The notes: generated from the letters alone by a model not told the origin. Shown: positions 39,267 through 54,087, counted from the first letter of the stretch. The stretch: 64,000 nucleotides of DNA from Octopus vulgaris (GCA_951406725.2 OX597820.1:116374001-116438000), one strand, 5' to 3'. Translations and numbers: made by a program.

Positions 39267-39974
39267 CTGCAAAATAAAGACAAAAATATTTAAATTTCTT
39301 ACATGTGTTGTTATTTAACCGTAGGCCAGTCATGATCGAGCTGGCCTATGGTCATAGGCATTCCAGAGGGAACTAATCTCAGTTGTGATATGAAGGACAT
39401 TATTTGGCTGCTATTTCTAGCAGGCCCCGTTATTCCATTATTATTAATGCGTTTCAAATTATTTTTTGATCCTCATTTGTTATGAGATGTTACATGTAGC
39501 TGTTTTTGTTGTTGTTACAAATGTGGTTGCTGTTTGAGTTGATGTCAGCCCTTATCAACAAGACATATGATCAAAATCATCCCAATCATGACCATCTCAT
39601 CTTTAAGGAAATATGTTTCGATGTTATTACAATCTCATCAGCAAAGTATACCTGTTGCCGTATTTGCCGAAGATAAAACAGAATAGTTAAAGTGACTGTA
39701 AATGACACTTAAGAGACATGTCGGGAAATATAGTCCAATGGGTGATTTCCTTTATATGATAGGGTGTGATTTAAATGAAATTCGGTTGCTATTTCTTGCA
39801 TGTTCAGCCCAAGGACTCCGTCGTACACCGCTATACGTTATATTCATGTACCTTTACTCGGGCTTGATTTCAAGTCTTTAAGTTTCTTTTCAGGCGTCGA
39901 TTTGACGACAAATTTATTGTACGCAACGTAAATATCTTAGATTTGTAATGTTTCGTCCTAGATTCAAGTTCCTT

Positions 39975-40327
39975 TTCTACTCTAGGCACAAGGGGAGGGG
40001 AGGGTGCTACTTAATTTATCGACCCCGAAAAGATGAAAGGCAAAGTCGACCGCGGCGGAATTTGAACTCAGAACGTAACGACAGACGAAATACCTATTTC
40101 TTTACTACCCACAAGGGGCTAAACACAGAGAGGACAAACAAGGAGAGACAAACGGATTAAGTCGATTACATCGACCCCAGTGCGTAACTAGTACTTATTT
40201 AATCGACCCCGAAAGGATGAAAGGCAAAGTCGACCTCGGCGGAATTTGAACTCAGAACGTAGCGGCTGACGAAATACGGCTACGCATTTCGCCCGGCGTG
40301 CTAACGATTCTGCCAGTTCGCCGCCTT
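39975..40327 (-). mobile_element. Composite SINE A
   Basis: Two cores. Confidence 0.85.
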
Positions 40328-40527
40328 CCTAGATTCAAATTCCACCGAGGTAAACTTCAGCCGTTATCATTGTGCTTTTTAATTTAGTCTGAACAAGAAA
40401 TATAGTATTCATAGTCTTTATTGGCTGAGTTAAATATAGTTTCTGTTCAGTTTAAAGCTCCAGGAATATAGCTACTGTCTAACATCACTATGACCAAAGA
40501 ACAAGACAGTATTGTTTAGTCTGTCAA

Positions 40528-40978
40528 ACGGCGAGCTGGCAGAAACGTTAGCACGCCGGGCGAAATGTGTAGCCGTATTTCGCTTGGCATTACGTTCTGA
40601 GTTCAAATTCCGCCGAGGTCGACTTTACCTTTCATTCTTTCGGGGTCGATAAATTAAGTACCTGTTATGCACTGGGGTCGATATAATCGACTTAATCAGT
40701 TTGTCTGTCCTTGTTTGTCCTCTCTGTGTTTAGCCCCTTGTGGGTAGTAAAGAAATAGGTATTTCGTCTGAGTTCAAATTCCGTTCTGAGGTCGACTTTG
40801 CTTTTCATCCTTTTGGCATCGATAAATTAAGTACTAGTTGCGTACTTCGTTTGAGTTCAAATTCCGCCGAGGTTGACTTTGCTTTTCATCTTTTCGGGGT
40901 CGATAAATTAAGTACCAGTTGCGTACTTAATCAACTGGACCCTTTCCCCAAAATTTCGGGCCTTGAGCCTAGAGTACA
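40528..40978 (+). mobile_element. Composite SINE A with three cores
   Basis: Family match; inverted relative to 39975-40327. Confidence 0.85.
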
Positions 40979-41514
40979 AATGACTTTTGTTTATTCTCGA
41001 TGAGAAATCGAAAAAGACAATTTCACATCTAAATTAAATTTAATCAAGATATCGTTGGGTTATTTAATGCAAGGAGCATTATAAGGCTCACTAGAAATAA
41101 ATGTGAGACGGATAAAAACACCAAGGTCGACTTTGCCTTCGTCCTTTCGCAATCGTTAAAATAAGTACTAGTTGCGCATTGGGACCGATGTAATAGAGTT
41201 GTTCCCTCTCCCGAACTTGTTGGCCTTATTTGAAACCAATATAATTGTCGCTTTTCCTGCAAATATGGAATACAGCTCTGGATATGTTCTGATGTTATTA
41301 CAGCCTCATTAGCAAAGTATATCTGTTGCCGTACTTGCCGAACATAAAACAGAATAGTTCAAGTGACTGTAATAGACACTTAAGAGATAAATTCATGAGT
41401 CAGTTTCGATTTTCCCTTCATCTTATTACGTTAGTAGTCTTGAGAAGTGCTTAGAAGTAACTAAATCATACTTAACTTGTCCTCATAGATTTGTAAGAAA
41501 TCATTGTAATTTAC

Positions 41515-41635
41515 CTGAAAGATTGGAATTGTCTACGCGCCACTCAATAGAGAAATTGCTGGTTGAGGTGATATAGACTGTGAGTTTTAAGGACTGATTT
41601 GTTAAAACTTTAGTTGGTAAGGGTTCAAACAAGAC
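41515..41635 (-). CDS. REJ-GPS gene exon 7 (VLFEPLPTKVLTNQSLKL...IEWRVDNSNLS), phase 0-1
   Basis: tcttcacag acceptor, G|gtaaat donor, 121 nt. Confidence 0.88.
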
Positions 41636-41895
41636 CTGTGAAGAGATATAAAAAAATAGTGTTTAAAAGAAAAACGACGACTTTACAGTTTACATAACTG
41701 TCTATGGTCTTCATGTTTACCTCCATGTCAACTATGACGCTGAGAAAAACTGTTTTACATATGCAATACGACCATGGCCATCCCGCAGGAGCATGATGTG
41801 TGGTTAATAGGTTTGCTGCACCTTGGGCAAGTGTCTTCGCCTATAACCACAAAATGACCAGTGTATGTATAGATATTCGGATGACGGTATATGCA

Positions 41896-42578
<683 letters not shown>

Positions 42579-43221
42579 CTATATTGAGTTCTCTGTATCT
42601 TAAAGCTAATTAGTTCTAGTACGATTTATCAACTGTTCATATGTATATATATGTGTGTGTGTGTGCGTGCGTGCGTGCGTGTGTGTGTATGTATGTATGT
42701 GTGTGTGTGTGTGTGCACGTGTGTGCGTATTCAGACTCGTTTGAAATCCGGCATTGTTTTTCGTATTGTGTCCCTTTATGTCTTGGGGGCCAATACAATC
42801 GACTAGCACCTTGAAAGTGGTGCTCCAGTATGGCCTCGGCTTAATATTTGAATCCAACAAATGAATTAAAAGAAAATGTGTATTTAGGACAACTTCAAAC
42901 GCTTTTGTCTGTATGACTTCCCTATGTTTCAAGAAGTTAAGATGTAATATGTTTTCCGAAAGGCTTGGTTGCTATGTTTAGCAGCTTGAGTGACCATATG
43001 TAGGGACTCATTCATCACATTATTATTTGGTGGATAATCAACAGACACGATACAGTAGAGCCAAATAAATAATTTACAATCTTCAATCAGATTTATTTTA
43101 TGTTCTGAGTTTAAATTACATACAAATTGTTATTATTAATACTTTGTCCCACGTCACCCTTTATTGACCAGATAAATGACCAAAGACTTTTAAGTAGTGA
43201 CCATCCCCTATTTTTTCAGAT

Positions 43222-43384
43222 AGGCGTAGGAGTGGCTGTGTGGTAAGTAGCTTGCTTACGAACCACATGGTTCCGGGTTCAGTCCCACTGCGTAGCACCT
43301 TGGGCAAGTATCTTCCACTATAGCCTCGGGCCGACCAAAGCCTTGTGAGTGGATTTGGGAGACGGAAACTGAAAGAAGCCCGTC

Positions 43385-43432
<48 letters not shown>

Positions 43433-43655
43433 GTGTGTTAGTGTGTCTGTGTTTGTCCCCCCAACATCGGTTGACAACCGATGCTGGTGTGTTTACGTTC
43501 CCGTAACTTAGCGGTTCGGCAAGAAGAGACCGATAGAATAAGTACTAGGCTTACAAATAATAAGTCCTGGGGTCGATTTGCTTGACTAAAAAAGGTGGTG
43601 CTCCAGCATGGCCATAGTCAAATGACTGAAACAAGTAAAAGAGTAAAAAGAGAGT
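43222..43655 (+). mobile_element. SINE family B
   Basis: Family match. Confidence 0.9.
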
Positions 43656-44207
43656 ATAGTACGCATTTAGGGCCATGCTGCCCAATGCATCTTGCCTTTA
43701 TTTTTTAAATAAAAATTATGTGATTTGTTGGAGATTTGGCTGCTATATTTAGTACTCGACCGGATTCCAGATGTGGTGGGTAACTTAACAGCAGAAGACG
43801 TGACTGTGATCAACCATCCACATTTCACAGCTTTGATGACTTGTTTCACCGACCGGTATTTGGCTGTGTGTTTACATGCCATGACAGAATCATACAGAGT
43901 GGAATATATAAAAAAAGGAATGGAATGATCTGTTAGGTATTTAGTCCGGCGCTTCACCATTTCTGCTCTTCTACGGTGCTTAGATATTTTTTAAATGCGA
44001 TAACAATACATCCGGTATGTTTATCTTAGTCGTTCATTTCTCGTTTATAAACACGATTCAAAAATTTATGGCATTAGACTGCATGGGGGAAATTTTACGA
44101 GTAAGATTTTACTGAAAAAATATAGTTCAAATGAAAATATATAAATAATATACTACAGTAAATTATAATGGAAAAGAAGTTATAATAAAGCTAAAAAAGA
44201 CACTTAC

Positions 44208-44417
44208 TTGAGGTGGTTGACCTGGAACAGTAACTATTTGAACAGAAGCAGACGACTTCCTTTCACCTTTTGTCATGGTTAAAGTAAAAATATAGGTGTA
44301 AGATAATATGAGACTATCTGCATCAAGTTTCAAGTCAGGACTCGTAATATTTGGTAAATCCGGGAATAATTTTCCTTTGATATAGCATGGGTTAGGCTGG
44401 CTCATTTCAAGGCTTTT
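44208..44417 (-). CDS. REJ-GPS gene exon 6 (KSLEMSQPNPC...YTYIFTLTMTKGERKSSASVQIVTVPGQPPQ), phase 0-0
   Basis: tttttcag acceptor, gtaagt donor, 210 nt. Confidence 0.92.
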
Positions 44418-44489
44418 CTGAAAAATTAAAGATTTGAATTTTTAAAAAGCATAGCAGTTTAATAATCTATGTTATATATCTAGGGTAAA

Positions 44490-45210
44490 CACGTCGTCTG
44501 TTGGAAATATGTGTTCGTAGAGGACCGATCAGGTAAAGGACCTAGGTATCTTGGTGGATTCCTCCTTTTCGCCTTCGGCCCAGTGCGTCCATGCTGCCAA
44601 CAAAGCACGCGGAATTCTGTTCTTGATTCGACGGTCATTCGGAATGCTCACAGCAGCCATATTCCTACCACTCTATGTCATGCTGGTGAGACCCATATTG
44701 GAGTATGGGATTCAAGCCTCTTCTCCTTATCTCCTCAAAGACATACAGCATCTCGAAAGAGTCCAGAAGCTGGCTACCCGCATGGTTCTTGGTCTCAAAA
44801 ATTTGTCCTACGAAGAAAGGCTGAGGACGCTCGACCTTTATTCTCTTGAAAAACGCCGCCGCCGTAGTGATCTCATTACTTTTCCATCATAAGCAGAAAG
44901 TGTAACCTCTCGAAAGAGCTGTTCTTCACTCCTGCTCCAGAGCGTCGGCTGCGGGGTCATTCCGAAAAGCTCTACCTGCGACGATTTCATCTCAATCGAA
45001 GGAGAGGAGCTTTCTCCGTCCGGGTTGCGGATCCGTGGAACAAGCTGCCAGACGAGATGGTAAAGATGCCGACGACCGCTTTGTTCAAAGCCTCCCTGGA
45101 CCTCAAGTGGCCTGAACTCTTTACATGAACACCACCCTGTACTTAACTCCATGTCCCCCTACATGGCCTTGCTATTTGCTTTTGAGCCAAATTAACTAAC
45201 TAACTAACTA
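44490..45210 (+). mobile_element. CR1-clade LINE 3' fragment
   Basis: KDLGI.VDSSFSPS..LVRPILEYG..LERVQKLATRMV..SYEERLRTLDLYSLEKRR; (AACT)n tail. Confidence 0.9.
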
Positions 45211-45894
45211 GCGTAAGAAATTATCCTGAATACCACAAGATAGTGAAAATGAAACAGCTTTTCAATTTTATGATAATAGGGGCTCAATCTGTTCTATTTT
45301 ATATCGAGTGGATTGGGATAATTTGAAAGCTATATTCATGATTTTTGTGCTGTGAGTACGATTTTGGCAGAGAGCAGCGGATTCTAGCTTCTAGTCTTGA
45401 GCGGTCACTTGAAAAACTCTGGTAACATATTTTCCTTACTGTATATATGATACAGAATTCTTGGGGGCTTTGGAAAAGCTTGTGTATAGTGTATATGGGA
45501 AACAACCCTCGTAATCAAGGCTTGTCATGTATTTTATTGTTGTGGGGTTTCTAGTAGAGTCTTTCACGTTTCATAAAATCTTGTTTGGTATAAAGAGAAT
45601 TTAGAGAATAAAAATGCTTCAGATGTACAATTGTAGAGAATATTAGGACAATGACATCTGAGCTACCGAACCGAAAAGTTATTAGGATTTAAAAAAACTT
45701 ACACCGCCAGCCGCAGTGATATTGTTGTAGGCAGTCCAGTTGAGATTGTGGTCAACAAATACCCCTAAGTCTCTGACACGACCGAACTCTGATGGGTCCT
45801 CCACAGAATTTGCTTGTTGAAGCACGAACTTTTTTTCCATCGTGAATATTTTGTTTTACCTATTCATTTTATTTACAAATGTATTTGTAGTGAA

Positions 45895-46190
45895 GACACG
45901 TGGCTTAGTGGCTAGGGCATTCGGCTCACGTGAGTTCAATTACCGGCAATGTTTTGTGTCCTTGAGCAAGTCACTTTATTTCACGTTGCTCAAGTCCACT
46001 CAGCTGGCCAAAATGAGTAGTACCTGTATTTCAAAGAATCAGCATTGTCACACTCTGTATCACGCTGAATCTCCGTTAAGAATACATGTGTCTGTGGATT
46101 GCTCAGCCACTTGCACATAAATTTCACGAGGAAGCTGTTCCGTTGACCGCATCAGCTGGGACCCTCGTCGTTGTAATTGACGGAGTGCTC
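45895..46190 (+). mobile_element. SINE family C
   Basis: Family match. Confidence 0.82.
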
Positions 46191-46821
46191 CTTCCTTCTA
46201 TGTATTTGTAGACTCACGTACCATTAATGCGCATACATATACACACATGTATAGATCGTTAGCCACTACACACATTTGTTTCTCTCCTTGTTTTTTTCTG
46301 TGTCCCTTTCTGTAGAAGAGCTTAGGCTCGAAACGTAAAAGACTTTTTCTATTCCTGAGCGTTATACTAATACATCTGTTTGTTCTGTACACCACCTGTC
46401 TTCGTCTTTTTTTTTTTGTAAACTCTCCCTTTATATATATATATATATATATATATATTAATAACGGCCAGCTAAAGAGCGAGAGATGCCTCTAGGAATC
46501 CGATAGGGGGCAGCACAGGACAGATATGGTATTTTTACATCTTTTTACCATAAGAGATAATTTTTCTCTATGGTAACTATAGTGAATTTGCTTTTAGAAT
46601 TTAAAATATATTACAAATATATTTAACTAACCTAAAGTTTGCACCCTCCCCCCACACACATATCCATATCTATATACATATACATGTGTGTGTGTGTGTG
46701 TTTGCGTGTGTGTATGTGTGTGTATGACTATGTATGTTACAGATGCAATCAGCAATTGTTTATCGCAAAAGTTCCACGCGAAAGAAAGCAACGTAAAAAG
46801 AGAGACGCATGAAATGCTTAC

Positions 46822-46937
46822 CCAAGTACAACCCCATACATATTCTTCCGGTACACCAGTTACACCATCTGGATCGTATGAGAGGCTTCCGTTCAGCTCA
46901 ATTGCCTCACTCACGCCGACACTTCTCTCTGAGCCAC
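46822..46937 (-). CDS. REJ-GPS gene exon 5 (GSERSVGVSEAIELNGSLSYDPDG...YVWGCTW), phase 1-0
   Basis: ttcctccag acceptor, gtaagc donor; classic REJ LxGSxSYDPD motif. Confidence 0.92.
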
Positions 46938-48019
46938 CTGGAGGAAAGAAGTTTGTGTCATCATTTGAACATTGTCTTCGGATTATTCTGAGCAACATTT
47001 TACGGGAGAATCACAACTTTCCGGTCAATAGAGAAACCGATTTATAACCGAGAGCCGACATTTGATATTCTGTACCACAGCATTACACTCTGGTCACGAC
47101 ATCGTTTAATAGATAGAACAGTTAGCTGCATCTTTTAGCTACGTAAAATGATAAATTTGTAAAGCTCCGCGTGTATGGATGTAGGGTATTTCGTCTTTTG
47201 ACAGATCGATTCATGTATGCCAAAGCGACACACACATTCGCCCCTCCATTCATCTTCTTCCGCCCGCTATTCTTTGGATGGCCGTGTAGGTAGAGTTCTC
47301 AGGCAACCGACCCATAGGGTTCTATCAAAACAACCAATCAACTATGTATATGTAAACCTTACAACAGATATCTAAAAAGGGCAAATTTAACTAGTTTTCC
47401 GTAGATTTAAAAAATAAGGAGCAGCCTTAATCGATTTTGGAACATTATTGACCTTTCAACAGAGGTGTGTACATCAGTTTGACTAATCTCAGAGAAACAA
47501 CCAATTAAGCAACCAAAAATATATTTGACCCGCATTTTGATATTTGCAGTTGATTTCGATTTTAATATATTAAACTGCTTCTAATTTACTTAAATGATAA
47601 AATGAACTGCTTCTAATTTACTTAAATGATAAAATGAAGAATTACATAGGAAAAATGCAATATTTATCTGGAAGATTAATTATTGAGATAATGAAATGGT
47701 AGAGTGCCAACATTGTCGAATTGAATGGTTTGGTGCATGGAGAGTTGGATTAGCAGAGTTGTTAGATCATGAAACAAAATATCTGGTGGAATTTATTTAC
47801 GGGCCTTTACGTTTTGAGTACGAATCCTACCAAGGTGGATTTTGCCTTAAATCCTTCTGGACTCAACGAAATAAAAGACCACTCAAAATGAGGTATCATT
47901 CAAGTATTGGGCCTGTTTAATGTTCTCATAAAGCATCTTAAATGCGAATAGAATTCAAGTGAAAGACGAGAAAAATTGTTCAGTGGCTTTGTACCTTGCT
48001 AGAAATTATTATTATTCCT

Positions 48020-49375
48020 TTGTAACACAGTGTAAGTAAAAATGCACCGGAGTTTTTAGTTATCTGTCAAGTTACAAGAAACTCAGACAGATAATACTTT
48101 CCTGAAGATGTTCGCTGTACCCAATAAGGCTGCTTTTTGCAAGACATCAATCTTGCATGGGATTTCCAGTTGCCTAAAGAAGTCTTGGAGTTTCAATGGG
48201 ATTGAGCCCAGCGCTCCGATCACCACTGGTATCACTTTTACATTACCCTCTCGCATTCCATACAGTCTTGCCATTTCCCCTTTCAATTCAGTGTACTTGG
48301 TGAGTTTTTAGACCTCTTTACTCACAACATTTATGTCATTTGGCATGGCTACATCAATGATCTGACAGTATTTGTCTCTCTTATTCAATATGGCAATATC
48401 CGATCGACGGTGTTTGATTACACGATCCGTCTGAAAATCATAGTCTCAGAGTATCGTTACTTTTCCATCTTCCTGCATAACTTTACTTGGTACATGCTCA
48501 TACCAGTTCTCGGTTACTTCATATTGGTATTTACGGCTTAAGAGCCAATAAAGATACACACACACACTTTATTGTTGCGGCCCTTGTATTTTTTTGTGCA
48601 AGGCTCTCACATCCACTTACCAAGTGGGTCACATTTTCCACACTCTTTCCACAGATTCTGCATTTCTGGATGTCAGAAGTTTTATAGATGTTATACTTCA
48701 CCGAATTGGTAGCGAGATCCTGGACTTGTGCAGCAATGATCAGGCTTTCGGTGGTACGCTTCAAATCACCTCGCCCAAGCCATGCCCACGATGCTGTATT
48801 ATCCTAAACGTCTTGTGTATTCCTTTCAAACTGTCCATGCATTCTCATTTCAAGAAGGTCTTTTCTTCTCTTCTCCTCAGCTGTTTGGTTAAACTCTTCC
48901 TTGCCCATCATTTCATCTACATTTACACCCATATCTTTCGTGGCATATTGCAGCAAGTCTTCATCACTATTTATCAAATACTCGGCAAGCATTTTCCTTT
49001 CACTCCTTATAAAATGGTCTATACTAATTAGTCCTCTGCCACCATTCTTTCTTTTCATATACAGTATGTTTACGTTTGCGTCAAAGTGTAGCGCCTTATG
49101 CAGCGTCAACTTTCTCGTCCTTCTAACCAGTGTTGTGATATTTCCTCCATAGTCCATTTGAGGATAGACGCACTATATCTGACCACTGCAACTGCCCAGA
49201 TATTCATTGTGGTTATCAAATTTTTGGCATTCAGGTTGGGTTTCAACACCCTCTTCCCCCTTTTTTGATATACCTTGCTGGCCTTGACTTTCATTTCTCT
49301 GTGTAGAATGCCATCCAGCTCCAAAATCCTTAAATATCTATACCCACTACTGTCGGGTTCACCCATGACCTCTCT
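48020..49375 (-). mobile_element. R4/Dong-like non-LTR retrotransposon, frameshifted
   Basis: YRYLRILE, RKNGGRGL, IIAAQVQDLAT, CRICGKSVENVTHLVSGC, IPVVIGALG; abuts (ATT)n at 49379-49438. Confidence 0.88.
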
Positions 49376-49378
49376 TGA

Positions 49379-49437
<59 letters not shown>

Positions 49438-49439
49438 TA

Positions 49440-49980
49440 CTGTATGAACACTCTCAGCTTATTTTGCTGGGTATGATGGAAAGTGCCAATGCCCACAGCC
49501 AGCAGACTAAGGTGACACTTGTTTACTTGTCATGCTCCAAGAACCATGTGAGAAACTCTTGCAGTTCCAAGCAATGCTGATTTTTGTAGGTTTTCTACCT
49601 TCACACTTGCACCAATCTTTTTTCAGCCATGTTGATAACTGGGTGCTGATACTTCCAAGTGCACCAATTTCTATTGGTATCCCATCTACTCTCCTCATTG
49701 ACCACAACCTTCGCATTTCCCACTTCAAATCGTCGAAGTCGTTCCGTTTTACTTCTGTCTCTTTGATCCTGTTGTCACCGGGACATGCTACGCCGATTAT
49801 CTTGCAAGATATTTCTTTTCTATTCACCTCCACAACGTCTGGTTTCCGATGCCTGGTCAGGTGATCGCACTGAATCATTGCATCCCAGAAAATTCTGGAA
49901 TCTTCATTCTCGCTCACTCCTTCTAGGGTTTTCGCATACCATGTCTTTGCTCTCACTGGATCATTCTTGCCGCATGTCAT
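49440..49980 (-). mobile_element. R4/Dong-like restriction-like endonuclease (RLE) domain fragment
   Basis: IFWDAMIQCDHLTRHRKPDVV..VACPGD..IPIEIGALG. Confidence 0.85.
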
Positions 49981-50062
49981 ATCGTCTCTGGACTTAATAT
50001 CTAATTGATATCGAAATGCTGTATAGAGTGTCTTTGTTATATTCAGTATAAATGAAACCTAC

Positions 50063-50179
50063 CTCGAATAATGACTTGTAAAAGTGCATTTTTTACTTTC
50101 AACTTAATACTGTTAGTTGAATAGATCGAGCTGTTAGATTTAACTGTTACATTCAGGGTGAATGTTATCTCGGAACCAC
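50063..50179 (-). CDS. REJ-GPS gene exon 4 (GSEITFTLNVTVKSNSS...LQVIIRG), phase 1-1
   Basis: tcttgtag acceptor, G|gtaggt donor, 117 nt. Confidence 0.85.
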
Positions 50180-50572
50180 CTACAAGATAGAATAATTGGC
50201 CAATATTATCAGAGTTCTTTACAGAAATTTAACATTTATCGTTGAAAAAAAATCATTAAAAAAACAATACAAGTGCAGAAATAGAACAATCTTATGTTTT
50301 AAACGTACAGCTTTAATTAGAAATTGTTAAAAGCTGACAGTTACGAAAGAATATATTTTCTCCTAATTCAGTAGCATTGTAAATGTCCCCATTTTTCTGT
50401 TCTTTTATTCTTTTACTGATTTCAATTACTGAACATCAGACACCGTTTGAAGGGTTTTTGGTGGATCAAATTGAGTCACATAACATATTTTTCAGTATCT
50501 TCATTGATCGATACTTTCCGAATCCTTAAGTTACGCTTTAACATGAAAAGGCACAAAGCGGTTTTACGTTAA

Positions 50573-50964
50573 TCTCTCTCTATATATAAAGCTGAAGTTG
50601 TCTGTATATGGCAAGTTTGGTAGCCTTCAACTAACACCATCTCCTCCGAGACCCTGCGGCGCAAGTTAACCAAAATTGAAAGTATGATAGAAGGCTTGCG
50701 CTTCCTTCCGTAGAAGATAAAATTCAAATCGGACCATGTTAACACCAAAAATTATTTACATCAAAAAGGTGCTTTTTTTTCTATGAAAATCCCTATTTTT
50801 TACGATCTTTTGACTGTTGCGTCGCCATTTTTCGTTGTATTTCAACCAGAAAAATGTTCACTTAAAGAGAATAACAAGCTACATAATGCAAAATTTTTAC
50901 TTTTCAAAAATTCCAATTCTAAAGGGTCGAAACAAACCCGAGCAACGCCGGGCGATACTGCTAG
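50573..50964 (+). mobile_element. Non-autonomous Helitron-like element
   Basis: A|TC ... CCCGAGCAACGCCGGG..CTAG|T; near-identical copy at 58083-58503. Confidence 0.82.
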
Positions 50965-51214
50965 TAAACATTAAAAATTAGACATAGACACACACACGTC
51001 AGGCATTTTCTTACAGCAAAATTCTACTCATAAGTTTAATGACTTGAAGGCACGTGATATTTCGGTATGCAACCATCATATACTATAACATATATTAAAT
51101 GATTTTATTAAATAAGAACCAGTTACGCACTGGAGTCAATGTAATCGATTTAAACCCTTTGTCTGTCCTTGTTTGTCCCCTCTATGTTTAACCTCCTGTA
51201 GGCAATAGAGAAAA

Positions 51215-51275
<61 letters not shown>

Positions 51276-51412
51276 TACTATTATTATTATTATTATTATC
51301 ATTATTATTATTATTATTATTACTATTACTATTATCATTATTATTATCATTATTATTATTATTATCATTACTATTACTATTATTATTATCATTATTATTA
51401 TCATTATTATTA

Positions 51413-51460
<48 letters not shown>

Positions 51461-51487
51461 GTGCTATTACTATTATTATTATCATCA

Positions 51488-51524
<37 letters not shown>

Positions 51525-51593
51525 CATTATTATTATTATTATTATCATCATCATCATTACTATTATTATTATTATTATCATTATTACTATTAC

Positions 51594-51692
<99 letters not shown>

Positions 51693-51706
51693 CATTATTA
51701 TTACTA

Positions 51707-51752
<46 letters not shown>

Positions 51753-51860
51753 CATTATTACTATTACTATTATTATTATTATTATTATTATTATCATTAT
51801 TACTATTACTATTATTATTATTATCATTATTACTATTACTATTATTATTATTATTATTGC

Positions 51861-51917
<57 letters not shown>

Positions 51918-52001
51918 CATTATTACTATTACTATTATTATTATTATTATTATTATTATTATCATTATTACTATTACTATTATTATTATTATTATTATTA
52001 C

Positions 52002-52043
<42 letters not shown>

Positions 52044-52079
52044 CATTATTACTATTACTATTATTATTATTATTATTGC

Positions 52080-52127
<48 letters not shown>

Positions 52128-52136
52128 CATTATTAC

Positions 52137-52178
<42 letters not shown>

Positions 52179-52214
52179 CATTATTACTATTACTATTATT
52201 ATTATTATTATTGC

Positions 52215-52271
<57 letters not shown>

Positions 52272-52341
52272 CATTATTACTATTACTATTATTATTATTA
52301 TTATTATTATCATTATTACTATTACTATTATTATTATTATT
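51215..52341. repeat. 1.1-kb patterned (ATT)n tract with ATC/ACT/GCT variant triplets
   Basis: Direct reading; source of the poly-I and poly-L pseudo-ORFs. Confidence 0.97.
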
Positions 52342-54047
52342 CTATGTTTGACTTTTGCTTTATATTTGTACAAGTTGGCTCCAAGTCTCACCCAGAGACC
52401 TCAAGAGACAACAGGGTTGGAAGTTCATGTTGTTGTTATGCCTAGTGTGCCATATATTTGGGGGGTGGGGATGTTGTACTAATGAATGTCTAAAAAAAAA
52501 TTTTTTTTTTTTTTTTTTTTTTTTTAAACCGAAAATTATGTTTGTTTTAAACCTTGAGATTACATAGAGAGTATTTTGCGTAGGATATGAGCAGTTCCCA
52601 TGAGCACTATCTTTTGAACTTCTGCCATTTTTGGGTTTCCTGGTATCTGAGTTAGGTAGCTATCAGCCCCTTTTGCTATCATTCCCAGGGCACCTATGAC
52701 AACAGGTATTGTTTTAGTCTTCAGCTTCCACATTTTGCTGATTTCTATTTCAAGATCTTTATATTTGCTCAGTTTTTGGTAGGTCTTGACAGATACGTTT
52801 ATATCGATTGGGACAGTCATATCAATGAGGAGGCATGTTTTTTGTTTGAAGTTTTTCAATATGATGTCTGGCCTATTTGCATCTATCTTCCTGTCAGTTT
52901 GAATGGTGAAGTTCCAGAGGAGTGAGATGTGGTCATTTTCAAGCACTGGGGGTGGTTTGTGTTCCCACCAGTTTTTTTCATGGGGCAAATCCAGGTTTTT
53001 ACAGATTACCCAGTGAATATATTGTGCAGCTCTATCGTGCCTGTTGAGATACTCTGTAGGCGCTAGAAGACTGCACTTGGAGACCATATGGTCAATGGTT
53101 TCATTTTGTTGCTTGCATACACGACACGTTGGACTGCTTCTGATCTTTAATATGTTGGCCTGGTAGTTTCTTGTTGGTAGGCATTGATCTTGAGCTGCTA
53201 TGATAAACCCCTCTGTTTCAGATTTTAAGCCAGAGGCCATTAGCCATTGATGGGTCAGGGCTTTGTCGATATCTGCATTATTCGCTCTCTTTGGGTATTT
53301 GCCATAGAGAGGTTTTTCTTGCCATTTATTATTCAGAATATCTAAGGCCGCAGTTTTGGCACGGGTTTTCATGCGCCTAGCTTTTTCTGTGCTTGTTTCT
53401 TGTATATCTATCTCTAATTCCGAAATTGGTTGTATTCGGAGTTCACTTAGATATTCCTTTGCCTGTTTTGTGACTGAGTATGATGCTTTCTTGTTTTCAT
53501 GTTTTGAGACAAGTTTTAGCATCCAGTCCTCAGAGTTTTTCAGGTAGGTGTCTAGGCCAATTGTAGCAATCTTCATTGTTATTGCCAGTTGCAAAAGACC
53601 ACGGCCTCCCTCTTTTCTTGGCAGATATAGTCGTTCTGTATCTGCCTTAGGGTGGTGCATTCTATGCATTGTCAACAGTTTCCTTATTTTTCTGTCGAGC
53701 TGACATATTTCAGTAATTGACCAGTTAACAATATTGAAACTGTAAGTCACGACTGGTATAGCTAATGCATTGATTGCTTCGATCCTGTTTCTTGCATTCA
53801 GCTCTGTCTTGAGTATTGCTCTCACTCTTCGATAGCATTCTCTCCTGATCCTTTCCTTCATCTCTGAATGCCTTATTCCGTTCCCTTCAATTATCCCTAG
53901 GTACTTGTAGCTCTCCGCTGGGTCTAGTTCTTTTATGACATTCTGTTGGTGAAGGTTAACGTTAGATGTTTCTGTCATTTTTCCTTTGATAAAGGTAGCC
54001 TTTGCACATTTATCGAGGCCGAATTGCATTCTGATGTCGTCACTGAA
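52342..54047 (-). mobile_element. R4/Dong-clade non-LTR retrotransposon, 5'-truncated, with an uninterrupted 489-aa C-terminal ORF (52560-54029)
   Basis: End of RT (FGLDKC, YKYLG), PRKEGGRGL, CCHC knuckle CRVC..ETIDHMVSKC, RLE RPD..ID..KLSKY; flanked by (TAA)n on both sides. Confidence 0.93.

Positions 54048-54087
<40 letters not shown>

Noticed and set aside
45700-45830. Possible extra exon (VRDLGVFVDHNLNW)
   Set aside because: The motif is a LINE RT remnant; exons 5 and 6 already join in phase
52560-54029. 489-aa ORF as a host gene
   Set aside because: It is the C-terminal part of an R4/Dong retrotransposon; the Met is internal and the frame starts at the truncation point
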